Of a stretch of 64,000 bases of DNA, positions 25,572 through 36,498 are shown piece after piece (position 1 is the stretch's first letter; each line of letters opens with the position of its first letter). Origin of the DNA: an uncultured Acidobacteriota bacterium (lineage in GTDB: Bacteria; Acidobacteriota; Terriglobia; Acidiferrales; UBA7541); contig CAVOOU010000028.1 in NCBI GenBank assembly GCA_963697645.1, positions 149,340 through 213,339 of the forward strand, given 5' to 3'. Made by a program: the position numbers and the translations under genes. Below the pieces are notes generated by a model, which did no database searches, had not been told where the DNA came from, and saw only the letters and a list, made by a program, of their open reading frames with translations.

Positions 25572-26138
25572 ATGACTTCAACACAAATTGCATTGCTCGT
25601 GATCGTCGTGATTGCTGTAGTCGCAGTGGCTGCTCTGCTCATCTTGCAGAATCGCACCAAGAAGCTCCGCGCGCGATTTGGGCCGGAATATGACCGGGCC
25701 GTCGCGGAGACCGGAAACAAATTCAAAGCCGAGGCGCAGCTCGAGAAAGTCGAAAAGCGCGTCAGCCAATATCCCTTGCGCCCGCTTACTGCAGCGGATC
25801 GGGATCGGTTCCAGCAGTCTTGGCGGGCGATCCAGGCCAAGTTTGTGGACGACCCGGCGGGCGCCTTCGTGGAAGCGGATCAGCTTTTAGGGGCGGTGAT
25901 GGTGGCTCGCGGTTATCCGCCGACCGATTTCGCGAATCGCGCCACGGAAATTTCCGTCGACCACGGCACGGTTGTAGAGGAGTACCGGGCGGGGCATGAA
26001 ATCGCGATTCGCCATTCGCAAAAACAGGCCACCACGGAAGACTTGCGAAAAGGCATGGTTCACTACCGCGCGCTGTTCGACGAATTGATGCGAGAAGAGC
26101 CGGTGCCGATGCGCGCACGCGCTGCGGGCCATAGTTAG
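25572..26138 (+). CDS. membrane-anchored hypothetical protein (paralogue of 26218-26695)
   Basis: One N-terminal TM helix. Conserved blocks RDRFQQSWRAIQAKFVDDPAGAFVEADQLL and TTEDLRKGMVHYRALFDELM. Confidence 0.6.
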   Translation: MTSTQIALLVIVVIAVVAVAALLILQNRTKKLRARFGPEYDRAVAETGNKFKAEAQLEKVEKRVSQYPLRPLTAADRDRFQQSWRAIQAKFVDDPAGAFVEADQLLGAVMVARGYPPTDFANRATEISVDHGTVVEEYRAGHEIAIRHSQKQATTEDLRKGMVHYRALFDELMREEPVPMRARAAGHS

Positions 26139-26217
26139 TAACGGATAAAGATGCAGCTACGGCTATCAGAGTTTAAGAAGATTTGAATTTCTAAAATCGA
26201 TAAAAAGGGAGTCACCA

Positions 26218-26695
26218 ATGACAGAGTATCTCCGCAGAGATCCAAGCCTCAATCCTGAGCAATCCAGCACCACCGATCCGAACCTGCCCGTTGTCGAAAA
26301 TGCGGTCGTGAACGATCCTGACTCGCGCCCTTTGGTCACTCCGCCCCCCGGCGATGTTCGGGCCTCTAGTGTCGCGAGCGGTCCGACTACCGGAGCCGCA
26401 GTGGCACGCGCACCGGAGGAGGAGCGAGCCGCCCTGTTTCGCAGGAAATGAAGCGAATGAGCTGCGCGCGCGATGGGACAGCATTCAGGTGGGCTTCGTC
26501 GACGAGCCGCGCAAAGCAGTGCAGGAGGCTGATGCGCTCGTTTCGTCCACCATCAAGCGGCTGAGCGAAGTATTCGCGAATGAACGCCAGAACCTCGAAC
26601 ACCAGTGGGGCCGCAACGAGAATGTATCCACCGAAGATCTGCGCGTGGCATTGCGAAGATACCGCTCATTTTTCTCGCGGCTTCTCGCAATCTAG
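26218..26695 (+). CDS. hypothetical protein, paralogue of 25572-26138; frameshift near 26441
   Basis: GGGAG RBS. Blocks ELRARWDSIQVGFVDEPRKAVQEADALV and STEDLRVALRRYRSFFSRLL. ORFs 26218-26451 and 26354-26695 join at ..EEERAALF|AGNEANEL... Confidence 0.55.
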
Positions 26696-26719
26696 CGTCT
26701 CGCAATCCAGAACCGAGCT

Positions 26720-29164
26720 TCACTCGTAACGCAGCGCTACCATCGGGTCCACGCGCATCGCGCGTCGCGCGGGTATAAAGCAGGCGAAGAGCGCCACCGC
26801 GCAGAGCAAAAGCGCGACACTTGAAAATGTGAGCGCGTCGGTGCTCGTCACGCCGAGCAGCAAGCTGGTTAGAAAGCGCGTCAGTGCGAATGACGCGGCG
26901 AGACCTAGGGCGACGCCGATGAGCGTCAATCGCAATCCGTGGCCGAGCACGAGCCGCAGCACGTCTCGCTTGCTCGCGCCCAGCGTCATGCGGATGCCGA
27001 TTTCGTGGGTGCGCTGCCGCGTGGTGTAGGACGTAACGCCGTAAATTCCCACCGCCGCGAGAACCAGCGCCAGCAGCCCGAAGGCGCCCACAAAAGTTCC
27101 GGCAACGCGCTGGCCGAAGCTGGCGATCTGCTCGCGCAAATCGAGCGAAGTGATGTCGAACACCACGAGGTCCGCGTTCAATTCGTGGATCGTTTTTTCC
27201 ACGGTCTTGCCGGCGGCCAGCGGATCGCCATTCGTTCGCGCGAGAACGATCATGGTCGCGCGGTAGACCTGATATTGCGGCAGGTACAGGAATGGCGTGG
27301 GCTTTTCGTTCAAGCCGTTCACTTTGCTATCGCGCGCCACGCCGATCACCGTGAACCACTCGTGCGTTAAATCCGAATTGAGCTGCTTGCCCAGCGCTTC
27401 CTGGTTCGGCCAGTAGCGATTCACGAACGTCTCGCTGACAATCACCACGCGCTGCGAACTCTTTGTATCCTGCGGCGTGAAGTCGCGCCCCTTCACAAGC
27501 GGAATCTGCAAAGTCTGGAAATAATTCGGAGTGACGATGGCTACCTGCGTTTCCATCGATTCATTCGCCTGCGAAACGTAGCCTTCGGGATTCACCGCCG
27601 TCGAGCCGCCGCCAAATCCCAGCGGCACGCGGCTCGAAAGAGCTACCGACTGAATGCCGGGCTGCGCTTCGAGTTTCGCAACGAGCTGGCGATCGAATTC
27701 GACTCCGCTCGCTTCCGAATATCCGCCGGTAAAGAGATCGTAGGTGGCGATCAGCACATTGTGTGGGTTAAATCCGGGATTGATCTGCTGCGCGCTCATG
27801 AAACTGCGAATGAATAATCCCGCGCAAATCAAGAGAAGCAGCGACAGCGAAATCTGCGCCACCACCAACGCACTCGCGAGGCGCGCCTTGCGCATTCCTC
27901 CCGACGCGCTGCCCGTATCTTCCTTCAACACCGCGATCGGCGCTTCGCCTGAGGCCCGCAACGCAGGAAGAATCCCGAAGATCACTCCGGTGAGCACCGA
28001 GATCACCACCGTCGCCAGCAACACGGTGTGATCCACCCGCATTCCCAGCGAGATCGGGAAATCCGTCTTCGGAATGAACTTCATGAACGTTCCCGCAGTC
28101 CAGAACGTGATCGCGAACGCAACCAAGCCGCCCGCCAGCGCCAGGATCAAACTCTCGACGAGCAGTTGCCGCACCAGCCGCCAGCGGTTTGCGCCCAGTG
28201 ACAGTCGAATCGCAATCTCGCGCCGCCGCGCCACTGACCGCACCAGCATCAGATTCGCCACGTTCGCGCACGCCAGCAGCAGCACCAGTCCCGCGATGGT
28301 CATCAACATGGGGAGCAGCGTCGAGAGAAACTGATTCGCGCCAAACGGATTGCGCCACAAGGGATAGACGCTCACGCTGTCGTGCCCTTTGTGCTCCTCC
28401 GGATAATTCTTCGCCTCCCGCTTCAGCCGCAGCGTCATCTCCTCCTGCGCCTGTTCGGGCCGGACTCCGGGCTTCAACCGCCCGAGCGCCGTTAGCCAGA
28501 AGTAGTGATGGTCATGAATCAGGTCACCCTGCGGCATCAACTGCTCTTCCATCATGATCGGAATCCAGATTTCCGATCGCAGCCCGGTCTGGCTCCCCTG
28601 AAATACCGCGGGCGCCACGCCTACAATCGTGTAGGGGTGCTGATTGATTTCGAGCGTCTGGCCAACGACATCTGGATTCGCGCCCAAGTGCGTCTGCCAG
28701 AACCGGTAACTGATCACAGCCACGGGCGCGCCGCCCGGTTTGTTGTCCTCGTCGGGAAGAAAACCGCGCCCCAGGATCGGCCGGACGCCCAGCAGATCGA
28801 AATAATTCGCAGACGCCACCATTCCCCACACGCGCTCCGGCTTGCCCTTTCCCGTCAAACTCATGGGAGCGATATTGGCGGCGGTGATGCCGACGAAGCT
28901 CTGCTGCCCGTCGCGCATAGCTTCAAAATCAGGATAGGTAAACGGGAAAGGATTGTCCGTGCCGCGCCCGAGGCTCAGGGCCACCACCTCGTTCGGGCTG
29001 GCGAGGCCGGGAATCGGATTCAGCAATGTCGAGTTGATCCAGCTGAAAATCGTGGTGTTCGCGCCGATGCCCAGCGCGAGCGTGAGGATGGCGATCGCGG
29101 CGTATCCAGGCGCCTTCGCGATCATGCGCAGGCTGTAGCGAACGTCCTGCCAGAACGAGCTCAT
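26720..29164 (-). CDS. duplicated FtsX/MacB-type ABC transporter permease (ADOP family)
   Basis: 814 aa from MSSFWQDVRYSLRMIAKAPGYAAIAILTLALGIGANT. Two MacB-periplasmic-plus-FtsX modules. C-terminal RAMRVDPMVALRYE. Confidence 0.85.
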   Translation of the reverse strand: MSSFWQDVRYSLRMIAKAPGYAAIAILTLALGIGANTTIFSWINSTLLNPIPGLASPNEVVALSLGRGTDNPFPFTYPDFEAMRDGQQSFVGITAANIAPMSLTGKGKPERVWGMVASANYFDLLGVRPILGRGFLPDEDNKPGGAPVAVISYRFWQTHLGANPDVVGQTLEINQHPYTIVGVAPAVFQGSQTGLRSEIWIPIMMEEQLMPQGDLIHDHHYFWLTALGRLKPGVRPEQAQEEMTLRLKREAKNYPEEHKGHDSVSVYPLWRNPFGANQFLSTLLPMLMTIAGLVLLLACANVANLMLVRSVARRREIAIRLSLGANRWRLVRQLLVESLILALAGGLVAFAITFWTAGTFMKFIPKTDFPISLGMRVDHTVLLATVVISVLTGVIFGILPALRASGEAPIAVLKEDTGSASGGMRKARLASALVVAQISLSLLLLICAGLFIRSFMSAQQINPGFNPHNVLIATYDLFTGGYSEASGVEFDRQLVAKLEAQPGIQSVALSSRVPLGFGGGSTAVNPEGYVSQANESMETQVAIVTPNYFQTLQIPLVKGRDFTPQDTKSSQRVVIVSETFVNRYWPNQEALGKQLNSDLTHEWFTVIGVARDSKVNGLNEKPTPFLYLPQYQVYRATMIVLARTNGDPLAAGKTVEKTIHELNADLVVFDITSLDLREQIASFGQRVAGTFVGAFGLLALVLAAVGIYGVTSYTTRQRTHEIGIRMTLGASKRDVLRLVLGHGLRLTLIGVALGLAASFALTRFLTSLLLGVTSTDALTFSSVALLLCAVALFACFIPARRAMRVDPMVALRYE

Positions 29165-29795
29165 CCGCGCACCTCCAAGGACAGTTTGGAATGATTCAAA
29201 GCATGTCCTCGCCCATCGCAGGGTACCGTCTAAGCAAATGCTGGAGCGCCATTTAGCAGTCATCGCGTTACTCGTAGATGAATGACAGCCGTTCGCTTAT
29301 GGGACGCGCCATAGGCAAGAGCGAACATCCGATCGCCACGCTGCTCGGCGAAAATCGCTCGAAAGCGAAAGGGAAGTACCTTCGTACTGGCACCAACTGA
29401 ACCGAGGGTCTATCGACGCGGTTGGGGTCGGAAGGCACAATCACTGTGGATTCGGGGACTGTACGGCGACCGGCAACCGCTCACCCCCCATGAGCGCTGG
29501 CCGCTGGATGGCAACCTCGAGTTTCTGCTCCTCCAACACCCCAATGCCCCGAGCGGCCGGCTCCCCCACCGGCCGCTTCTTCTTTTTGGCGCCATGTTTT
29601 TGACCCTCACGCTGACCTCAAGTCAGCTAGAAAAAATTGTTATGCGAGCCATAAAGCCAAAGTGCCTTGACTTCGCATGCGCGTAGTTCTATAGAAAGCG
29701 CATTGGGGTTGCGTGGCGGTTAATACATTTTCAAAAACAGAATGGGCTTTGGCGGCAAGTCGTGGCTTGTCCGCTCTTTCTTCACGGGGGAATCC

Positions 29796-32700
29796 ATGTT
29801 TCAACGGGTGCTTTGCGTATCTGCATTTGTCCTCCTCTTCGCCTTGGAGCTTGCAGTTCCGGCCTGGGCACAATCGAACGATGGCCGAATTCTGGGAACC
29901 GTGACCGACTCGCAGGGGAAGATCGTCGTCGCCGCAAAAATTTCTATCACCAATGTTGGCACAGGTACGACGCGGAACCTGGAGTCGAACGGAGCCGGAG
30001 ATTACGCCGCGCCTGCACTTCAACCCGGGCTGTATACAGTCACAGCGGAAGCGCGCGGATTCAAAAAGGTACAACACTCGAATATTCGCCTGGAAGTAGG
30101 AAATGATGTGCGCGTTGATATTCAGCTTGTTCCTGGCGCGATTGACGAAACGATACAAGTAACGGCCGAAGCGCCGCTGATCACCACAACGAACGACACC
30201 ATCGGCGGCTCGCTATCGAACAAGGAAATCAACGACCTGCCCTTGAACGGCCGCGATTATCAAAATCTTATTGTCCTGCGCCCGGGCGTCTTTCGATTTC
30301 CTGGCGGCGGCTTTGAATCCATCGTCGCCAACGGCATGCGACCCGAGGACAACAATTTTGTAATTGAGGGCGGCGACGATAACGATCCCTACTATTCCGG
30401 GAACATCATCAATGCCGAAGGCGTGCAAGGCACTCCGGGATCGATCCTGCCGATCGACGCAATTCAGGAATTCAACACCGAAGAAAATCCGCCGCCGGAT
30501 ACAGGTTGGAAGCCGGGGGTCACGGTCAACATCGGAATCAAATCGGGAACAAATAATTTGCACGGCACAGCGTATGGTTTCGAGCGCAACAACGCTCTCG
30601 ACGCGCGAAACTGGTTCGATACGAAGCCTAATCCGCAGGCTGAGCTTCGCCAGCATCAGTTCGGAGGAACGGTCGGCGGCCCGATCAAACACGATAAAGT
30701 GTTCTTTTTCCTCGGCTATGAAGGCGTGCGCGGATTCATTTCCAATGTGAGCACGTCGAGTTCGCCGGTCACGGTGCCGCTTCCGTCTGCTGCCGGCGCT
30801 GGTTGCTCATTCATTACCACTGGCGACTGCACGAACAGCATCCCGGATGCGCTTGCTGATCTGAAGGCTGCGGGTGTGACGCCGAATCCGCTAAGCCTGA
30901 ACCTGATCGGCATGGGAACATTTACGGGAAATGGCCCTTTCCCTGGTCTGTTTCCAGTCAACACTGGAAATGGTCCAAACCCGAACGACGTATCAATCAT
31001 CAACACAAATTTTCCCAACCAGAATCGCTCCGACACGGGCGTCGCCAAAGTGGATTATCACCCGACGAACAAGCAGACGATTTCAGGACACTACTTGATC
31101 GGGGACAGCAAGCAGATCGAGCAAGACGCGACCATCCTTCAGCCGGAATGGCGGTCCCAGTCCACTCTACGCGCGCAAGTTTTCGGTGTAAATTGGGCTT
31201 GGACGCCGAAAAGCGATGTGGTGAACGAGGCTCGCTTCGCCTTCAACAATTTCTGGCAGAAAATTCAGTCTGTCGACAATGCTGCCGATCCCTTGACGAC
31301 CTACGGCCTCAATACCGGCGTGACGAATCCGATCAACTTTGGCCTGCCCCGAATCGACATCGGGAGCTTCACGCAGTTGGGCAATTTAAGCGGTTGGCCT
31401 CTATTCACAACCCCGAACCGGACCTATCAAATTGCTGACAACGTCTCCGTCACTCACGGACCGCATACATTTCGATTTGGAGGCGAGGTCCGCCGAGGTT
31501 CGACCGACAACGTCCGTAACCGCAGAGGACAAGGGCGCATCCAGTTCTTCGGCGGTGGCACTCCTCAGTTTCCAGATGACCCCAACAATCCAGGGTTCAC
31601 TCTCAGCACTGCGCTCGAGGATTTTCTCGCGGGGAATCCCGGCGGGGGCCAAATCTTTGTCGGAAACTCCGAGCGGCACGTGCACTTCTGGTCCTTCGCA
31701 TGGTTCGTAGCGGATGATTGGCGCGTTACACCTCGCCTGACAGTGAACTTAGGCTTGCGTTACGAGCTCAATACCGTCATCAAGGAAGATCACAATCTCC
31801 TCGGCAACTTCGACCCCAACGTGGGCCTCGAACAGGTGGGCATCAATATCAAGTCCCCGTACAACGGAGATCACAACAATTTCGCGCCGCGTATCGGGAT
31901 CGCCTGGGACCCCTGGGGCACGAGCAAGACAGTGTTTCGCGCGGGTGCCGGAATTAACTATGAGATCCCGCACATTTCGCTTTTCATCGGGCAAAACGGC
32001 GTGGACAACGGCACCACTCCTGGCCTGAATGACATCCCGACTGGCGCCATCGGTTCGAATATCCCCGGCAATATCGTCGCGACGGGTATCAATATTTCTC
32101 CAAACTGGATCGATACTTCAACGCCGATCTTTCCGGTCGCCACTGCCACGCTGAATTGCGACCCGAACAGCGGTGGCACCCCCTGCGACATCATGGGGGT
32201 GAAACGCAACATCCGAACGCCATACGTCGTTTCGTGGAATCTGAACGTGCAGCAAGCCATCACGAGCACAACCTCTCTGCAGGTGGCGTACGTGGGCAAT
32301 CATGGAACTAAGTTGTATAGTGTGCGCGACATCAATCAGGCCGATCCGGCGCAATCGTTAGCGAATGGTTGCGCCCAGTTCGATACAGCATGTGAACAAA
32401 TGGGCCGGCCCTTCAATGGACAATTTCCCTTCCTCGAGTTCATCAATATGCTCGAAAACGGTTACACCTCGAGCTACAACGGTCTGCAGATCACCGCGAC
32501 ACAACGCTTATGGCATGGCTTGAACTTTTTGGCTGGCTACACGTGGGCGCATTCAATCGACGACGCAAGCTATAACCGCGCCGTCCAACCTCAGAACAGT
32601 TTTGCCCCTAACCTCGAGCGTGGCTCGAGCGACTTTGATGTGCGCAACCGCTTCACGCTGGCCCTGACGTACGCACTCCCACCTGTAAAATCCTTTTGGC

Positions 32701-33308
32701 AACTTCTTGAAGGATGGCAAATCAATTCGATCGTGACTTCGCAAGGCGGCACGCCGTGGACAGTCATAGATGGCTACCAGAGCGGCAACGACATGAGCCT
32801 AACCAGCGAGTTCGCGGACCGATGGGATCTTTTTGGAAGCCCCTCGAAGTTTAAGCCGTCACCCAATGGACCAATCCCGTTCTTTGATTTTACAACCCCA
32901 GAAACCAGCAACAACGATTGCTTGGCGCACGCGTCATTGGCCGTGCTTCAACAGTTTGGTTGTTACGAAAAGAATGGAACTGTTTTAGTGCCTCCAGGTC
33001 TAGGGCAATTCGGAACCATGGGTCGCAACCTATTTCGCGGTCCACGCCTCGACAACTGGGACTTTTCGCTTGTAAAGAACACACATCTCGGAGAACGCGT
33101 AACCATGCAGTTCCGCGCCGAATTCTTTAACGTGACGAACCACCCGCACTTCGCGAGCCCGCAAGCGACGACTCTGTTCAATGTGGACCCGTCAGTCTCG
33201 TCCACTTTTGGATTTGCCGGAGCCACTTCGGACGTAGCCGCTGCGAATCCCGTGATCGGAACCGGAGGGCCGCGAAATATTCAACTCGGACTGAAATTTA
33301 TTTTCTAG
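29796..33308 (+). CDS. TonB-dependent receptor with carboxypeptidase-regulatory-like N-terminal domain
   Basis: Signal peptide, GRILGTVTDSQG..YTVTAEARGFKK, a plug region, a long barrel, C-terminal ..NIQLGLKFIF. Confidence 0.85.
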   Translation: MFQRVLCVSAFVLLFALELAVPAWAQSNDGRILGTVTDSQGKIVVAAKISITNVGTGTTRNLESNGAGDYAAPALQPGLYTVTAEARGFKKVQHSNIRLEVGNDVRVDIQLVPGAIDETIQVTAEAPLITTTNDTIGGSLSNKEINDLPLNGRDYQNLIVLRPGVFRFPGGGFESIVANGMRPEDNNFVIEGGDDNDPYYSGNIINAEGVQGTPGSILPIDAIQEFNTEENPPPDTGWKPGVTVNIGIKSGTNNLHGTAYGFERNNALDARNWFDTKPNPQAELRQHQFGGTVGGPIKHDKVFFFLGYEGVRGFISNVSTSSSPVTVPLPSAAGAGCSFITTGDCTNSIPDALADLKAAGVTPNPLSLNLIGMGTFTGNGPFPGLFPVNTGNGPNPNDVSIINTNFPNQNRSDTGVAKVDYHPTNKQTISGHYLIGDSKQIEQDATILQPEWRSQSTLRAQVFGVNWAWTPKSDVVNEARFAFNNFWQKIQSVDNAADPLTTYGLNTGVTNPINFGLPRIDIGSFTQLGNLSGWPLFTTPNRTYQIADNVSVTHGPHTFRFGGEVRRGSTDNVRNRRGQGRIQFFGGGTPQFPDDPNNPGFTLSTALEDFLAGNPGGGQIFVGNSERHVHFWSFAWFVADDWRVTPRLTVNLGLRYELNTVIKEDHNLLGNFDPNVGLEQVGINIKSPYNGDHNNFAPRIGIAWDPWGTSKTVFRAGAGINYEIPHISLFIGQNGVDNGTTPGLNDIPTGAIGSNIPGNIVATGINISPNWIDTSTPIFPVATATLNCDPNSGGTPCDIMGVKRNIRTPYVVSWNLNVQQAITSTTSLQVAYVGNHGTKLYSVRDINQADPAQSLANGCAQFDTACEQMGRPFNGQFPFLEFINMLENGYTSSYNGLQITATQRLWHGLNFLAGYTWAHSIDDASYNRAVQPQNSFAPNLERGSSDFDVRNRFTLALTYALPPVKSFWQLLEGWQINSIVTSQGGTPWTVIDGYQSGNDMSLTSEFADRWDLFGSPSKFKPSPNGPIPFFDFTTPETSNNDCLAHASLAVLQQFGCYEKNGTVLVPPGLGQFGTMGRNLFRGPRLDNWDFSLVKNTHLGERVTMQFRAEFFNVTNHPHFASPQATTLFNVDPSVSSTFGFAGATSDVAAANPVIGTGGPRNIQLGLKFIF

Positions 33309-33335
33309 AGGGGAAAGCCCAGCCCTTCGGGACGA

Positions 33336-33374
33336 AAAGCCCGAGGCCGCGAAAGGCGGACTCGGGCTTTTTTT
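33336..33374 (+). terminator. rho-independent terminator
   Basis: AAAAGCCCGAG-N15-CTCGGGCTTTTTTT. Confidence 0.8.
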
Positions 33375-33533
33375 GCGCGGAGCGTCTGCTAGGCAAACCC
33401 AGGCTGGGCAAACTCACCGCGCAAGCGACGCACCCCAAAGACACAGACAAGAAAAGCTGTCATCGTATGACGGTGTGGAGACGATGCGGGGACGACGCCG
33501 TCTCCGGCCATTGCTTCGCCGCAGCGACTGAAT

Positions 33534-33761
33534 CTAGCGCGGGCGTCCGACTGGCCGACGACTGGCCAGCGCACGCGGCCGCATCCGGAAGCGCGGAGCC
33601 AGGGGCGGCGGCACATTATGAAGCGGTCCGCCGCAATTGCTGCAGCGGTCCTGAGGTGCGCTTTCCACGCGCAGCCAGTGGCCGCGCGCCGGACAATCCG
33701 GATTCAAACACTGCACGGTCCAACCGGGCAGATATTGCATTCGTTTGCCTCGCAAACCCAC
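33534..33761 (-). CDS. small zinc-ribbon hypothetical protein
   Basis: CLNPDC..(19 aa)..CSNCG cysteine pairs. The composition is only weakly coding. Confidence 0.35.
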   Translation of the reverse strand: MGLRGKRMQYLPGWTVQCLNPDCPARGHWLRVESAPQDRCSNCGGPLHNVPPPLAPRFRMRPRALASRRPVGRPR

Positions 33762-33990
33762 GGCCCCGGCGACGGAAGGGGAAACGATGCCGCCGAAGCG
33801 CCCCGACTACAAAAACGCCAAGAACTGGCGGGATTGTGCGCCGGAGGTTCTAGTGAGTCAAGGCAAATCTATACAATTAGTAGTGGTGCTGTTGCAAAGC
33901 TGTGGAAAATACGGAGAACGAAATAGCGGCTCGGCTGAGAAAGGTCAGTGCCCGGCTAGGAATTGCTTTCGATACGACTAGCCGGCGAGA

Positions 33991-34692
33991 CTAGCGCGCG
34001 TTGGAAAGTTTCGCTTCGAGCTGATCCACTCTCATCTGCGCGTCGGCCACTTGCTGCTGCTTGGCTTCCACCTCAGCTTTTTCGGCATCGATGTTCGCTG
34101 CGCCGTCTTTGTCAGCGGCGTAGTTGGGTTTGCTGTAGTAGGTCTGTGAATCGAGATTGAATTTGCGCTGCGCAACATCGAGGTCAGCTTTTGCAGTTTG
34201 CAATTGCGCCCTGGCGGCAGCGAGATCCGCTTGGATCGCCGCAATTTCGGCCGCAAGCTTGTCGCCCTCTTTCTTTTCGGATGGCTCCCCGGCGTCGCCG
34301 GTTGCAGAGGCAGAAGCGGCTCCAGGCGCGCCAGAGGCAGCCTCATTCGCAGGTTTTCCCGCGTTGTCAGTGCCCTCAGCTCCTGCAGTTGCCGCTTTCG
34401 CGGAGGCATCCGCGTCATTCGCGTCGGCTCCTGCTGCGGCATCATCGCCCTCGGCCGCAGCCGGAGCGGGGCCGATTACGCTTACGGCCCCCGGCGTCTT
34501 TGGAATCGTGTCGTTGTCCCACACCTTGGCTGACTTGGATTGTTCTTTCTTTTGATCGCGTGCGCGGCGAGCGGCATCGGCAACATTCGAAGGGTCTTCC
34601 TCATGATATTGCTGCGGCTGCGGCGGACGTGCAAAAACCGAGTTCACCGGTAGCAGAAGCAGAATCGCGAGTCCTGGCCATGCGCTCTTCAT
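33991..34692 (-). CDS. secreted Ala/Asp/Gly-rich protein with C-terminal coiled coil
   Basis: Signal peptide MKSAWPGLAILLLLPVNSVFA, a low-complexity middle, and a heptad-like C-terminus (AAEIAAIQADLAAARAQLQTAKADLDVAQ). Confidence 0.6.
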   Translation of the reverse strand: MKSAWPGLAILLLLPVNSVFARPPQPQQYHEEDPSNVADAARRARDQKKEQSKSAKVWDNDTIPKTPGAVSVIGPAPAAAEGDDAAAGADANDADASAKAATAGAEGTDNAGKPANEAASGAPGAASASATGDAGEPSEKKEGDKLAAEIAAIQADLAAARAQLQTAKADLDVAQRKFNLDSQTYYSKPNYAADKDGAANIDAEKAEVEAKQQQVADAQMRVDQLEAKLSNAR

Positions 34693-34920
34693 CGCAGTTC
34701 TCCCGAAAGCTAGTTTCGCTCGTCTATAATAATCGCGCTGCGGCCAATCCGCTAAAAAGGCATTCAGAGGCGCACCCAAAGAGGCAACCTGTTCGGCGTG
34801 ACAGGTCACTATAATTAGGACGGAGCGACGAGAGACCGCGCGGCCGGTCTGAAACGGGATGGCACCCGCGCGCGCGTGTTGGACGTCTCGATTGATTGCT
34901 CGAATTTGTACCGAGGCTCA

Positions 34921-36273
34921 ATGAGATTTGCTCGGTTCGCACTCACTCTGATCACGCTCGCCCTCTCTCCCATCGCGTTCGGAAGGGCTTCGCATCTTGG
35001 CCACGCGCAATCAACGCCCGGATTGGAATCCCCGGGTGTGCAATCAGCCGGCGTTGTGGCGCGGCCGGTGGAAAAGAAAATAACCGCCTACACGCTTCCG
35101 CCCGATCTTTACCAAAAGGCAAAAGCTCTCAGCCGCACGCGGTTCCGTTTCAACATCATCAGCTTTTTTTACGGCCTCCTGATTCTCTGGATCATCTTGC
35201 ACTGGAAGCTCGGGCCAAAATTTCGAGACATGGCCGAAAAAGCTTCATCCAATCGTTTCGTCCAGGCTCTCGTTTTCGCGCCGCTCCTGATTCTCACGAT
35301 CGCGATCCTGCAATTGCCCGCCGACGCTTACGAGCACTGGGTGTCGCTTTCCTATGGCATCTCGGTGGAGCGTTGGGGCGCCTGGTCTCTGGATTATGCC
35401 AAGGCGCAGCTCCTCTTGATCGTGGGCGGCATTTTCGCTGTGTGGATACTGTACGCCGTGATCCGGCGCAGTCCGCGGCGCTGGTGGTTTTATTTCTGGC
35501 TGATTTCGCTGCCGATTGTCGTGTTCCTCAGTTTTATCGAGCCGTTTGTGATTGAGCCGATGTTTTTCACGTTTGCGCCGCTCAGCCAGAAAGATCCCGA
35601 GCTCGTCGCGCAGATTGAACGAGTGGTTCAGCGCGCCGGCCTCACCATTCCGCCCGAGCGCATGTTCTGGATGAAGGCCAGCGAAAAAACGAACGCGATG
35701 AACGCGTACGTCAGCGGCCTCGGCGCATCGAAGCGAGTGGTGGTCTGGGACACGAACATCGCCAAGGAATCCATTCCAGAAATCCTTTCGGATTTCGGAC
35801 ACGAGATGGGCCATTACGTCCTGGGCCATATCTGGAAGGGCCTGGCCTTTACGGCAGGCTTGCTGTTCGTGCTTTTTTATCTCGGCTTCCGGTGTCTCGG
35901 CTGGATGCTGAAGCGCTGGGGAAGCGGCTGGGGAATTCGCGGGCCTGATGATCTGGCGTCACTGCCGGTGTTGCTCTTACTGCTCTCGATTTTCAATTTT
36001 GCGGCGGATCCGATCTCGAATGCTTTCAGCCGCTACATCGAGAACCAAGCCGATATATATGGTTTGGAGGTGACGCACGGCGTGATTCCCGACGCCGGTC
36101 AGGCTGCTGCTGATTCGTTTCAGGTGGAAGGCGAATCTTTTCTCGCCGATCCCGACCCGAATCCAGTGGATGTGTTTCTGTTCTACGATCACCCGCCGAT
36201 TTCAGACCGCGTAAGGCTGTGCCTCACCTACGATCCGTGGTCGAAAGGCGAGCAGCCGCAGTTTGTAAAATAG
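34921..36273 (+). CDS. M48-family zinc metallopeptidase (Ste24/HtpX-like)
   Basis: HEMGHYVLGH zinc motif, several TM helices, N-terminal signal or anchor. Confidence 0.85.
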   Translation: MRFARFALTLITLALSPIAFGRASHLGHAQSTPGLESPGVQSAGVVARPVEKKITAYTLPPDLYQKAKALSRTRFRFNIISFFYGLLILWIILHWKLGPKFRDMAEKASSNRFVQALVFAPLLILTIAILQLPADAYEHWVSLSYGISVERWGAWSLDYAKAQLLLIVGGIFAVWILYAVIRRSPRRWWFYFWLISLPIVVFLSFIEPFVIEPMFFTFAPLSQKDPELVAQIERVVQRAGLTIPPERMFWMKASEKTNAMNAYVSGLGASKRVVVWDTNIAKESIPEILSDFGHEMGHYVLGHIWKGLAFTAGLLFVLFYLGFRCLGWMLKRWGSGWGIRGPDDLASLPVLLLLLSIFNFAADPISNAFSRYIENQADIYGLEVTHGVIPDAGQAAADSFQVEGESFLADPDPNPVDVFLFYDHPPISDRVRLCLTYDPWSKGEQPQFVK

Positions 36274-36308
36274 AGCCTACACGGTGGCGACGAGGCTGCT
36301 TTAAGTGC

Positions 36309-36420
36309 GAAGAGAGATTCCTCGACTGCGACCCGCGCCATCGCCCCGCAGACAAATCCGGGACGTACAATTCGCGCTTCGCGATGGGAAGAAAAGACGC
36401 GGGTCTCCGCTCGGAATGAC
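36309..36420 (-). repeat. GTCATCC-family palindromic element, long form
   Basis: The reverse complement reads GTCATTCCGAGCGGAGACCCGCG..GAAGCGCGAATTGTACGTCCCGG..CGGGGCGATGGCGCGGGTCGCAGTCGAGGAATCTCTCTTC. Confidence 0.8.
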
Positions 36421-36498
36421 AGGCTGTTAGTGGGGCGCGAAGAGCAGTTACATTTTGCTCCGAACGCGGCGGCTGGGATTCGCTCGCATCGAAACAAA

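Noticed and set aside
29165-29795. An expected PadR-type regulator upstream of the ADOP permease; small basic ORF 29410-29610 (minus strand).
   Set aside because: None of the three minus-strand frames shows a winged-helix PadR-like sequence, and the ORF is Arg/Ser/Gly-rich with no coding character. I noted only a palindrome, GCTGACCTCAAGTCAGC (29611-29627), which is unassigned.
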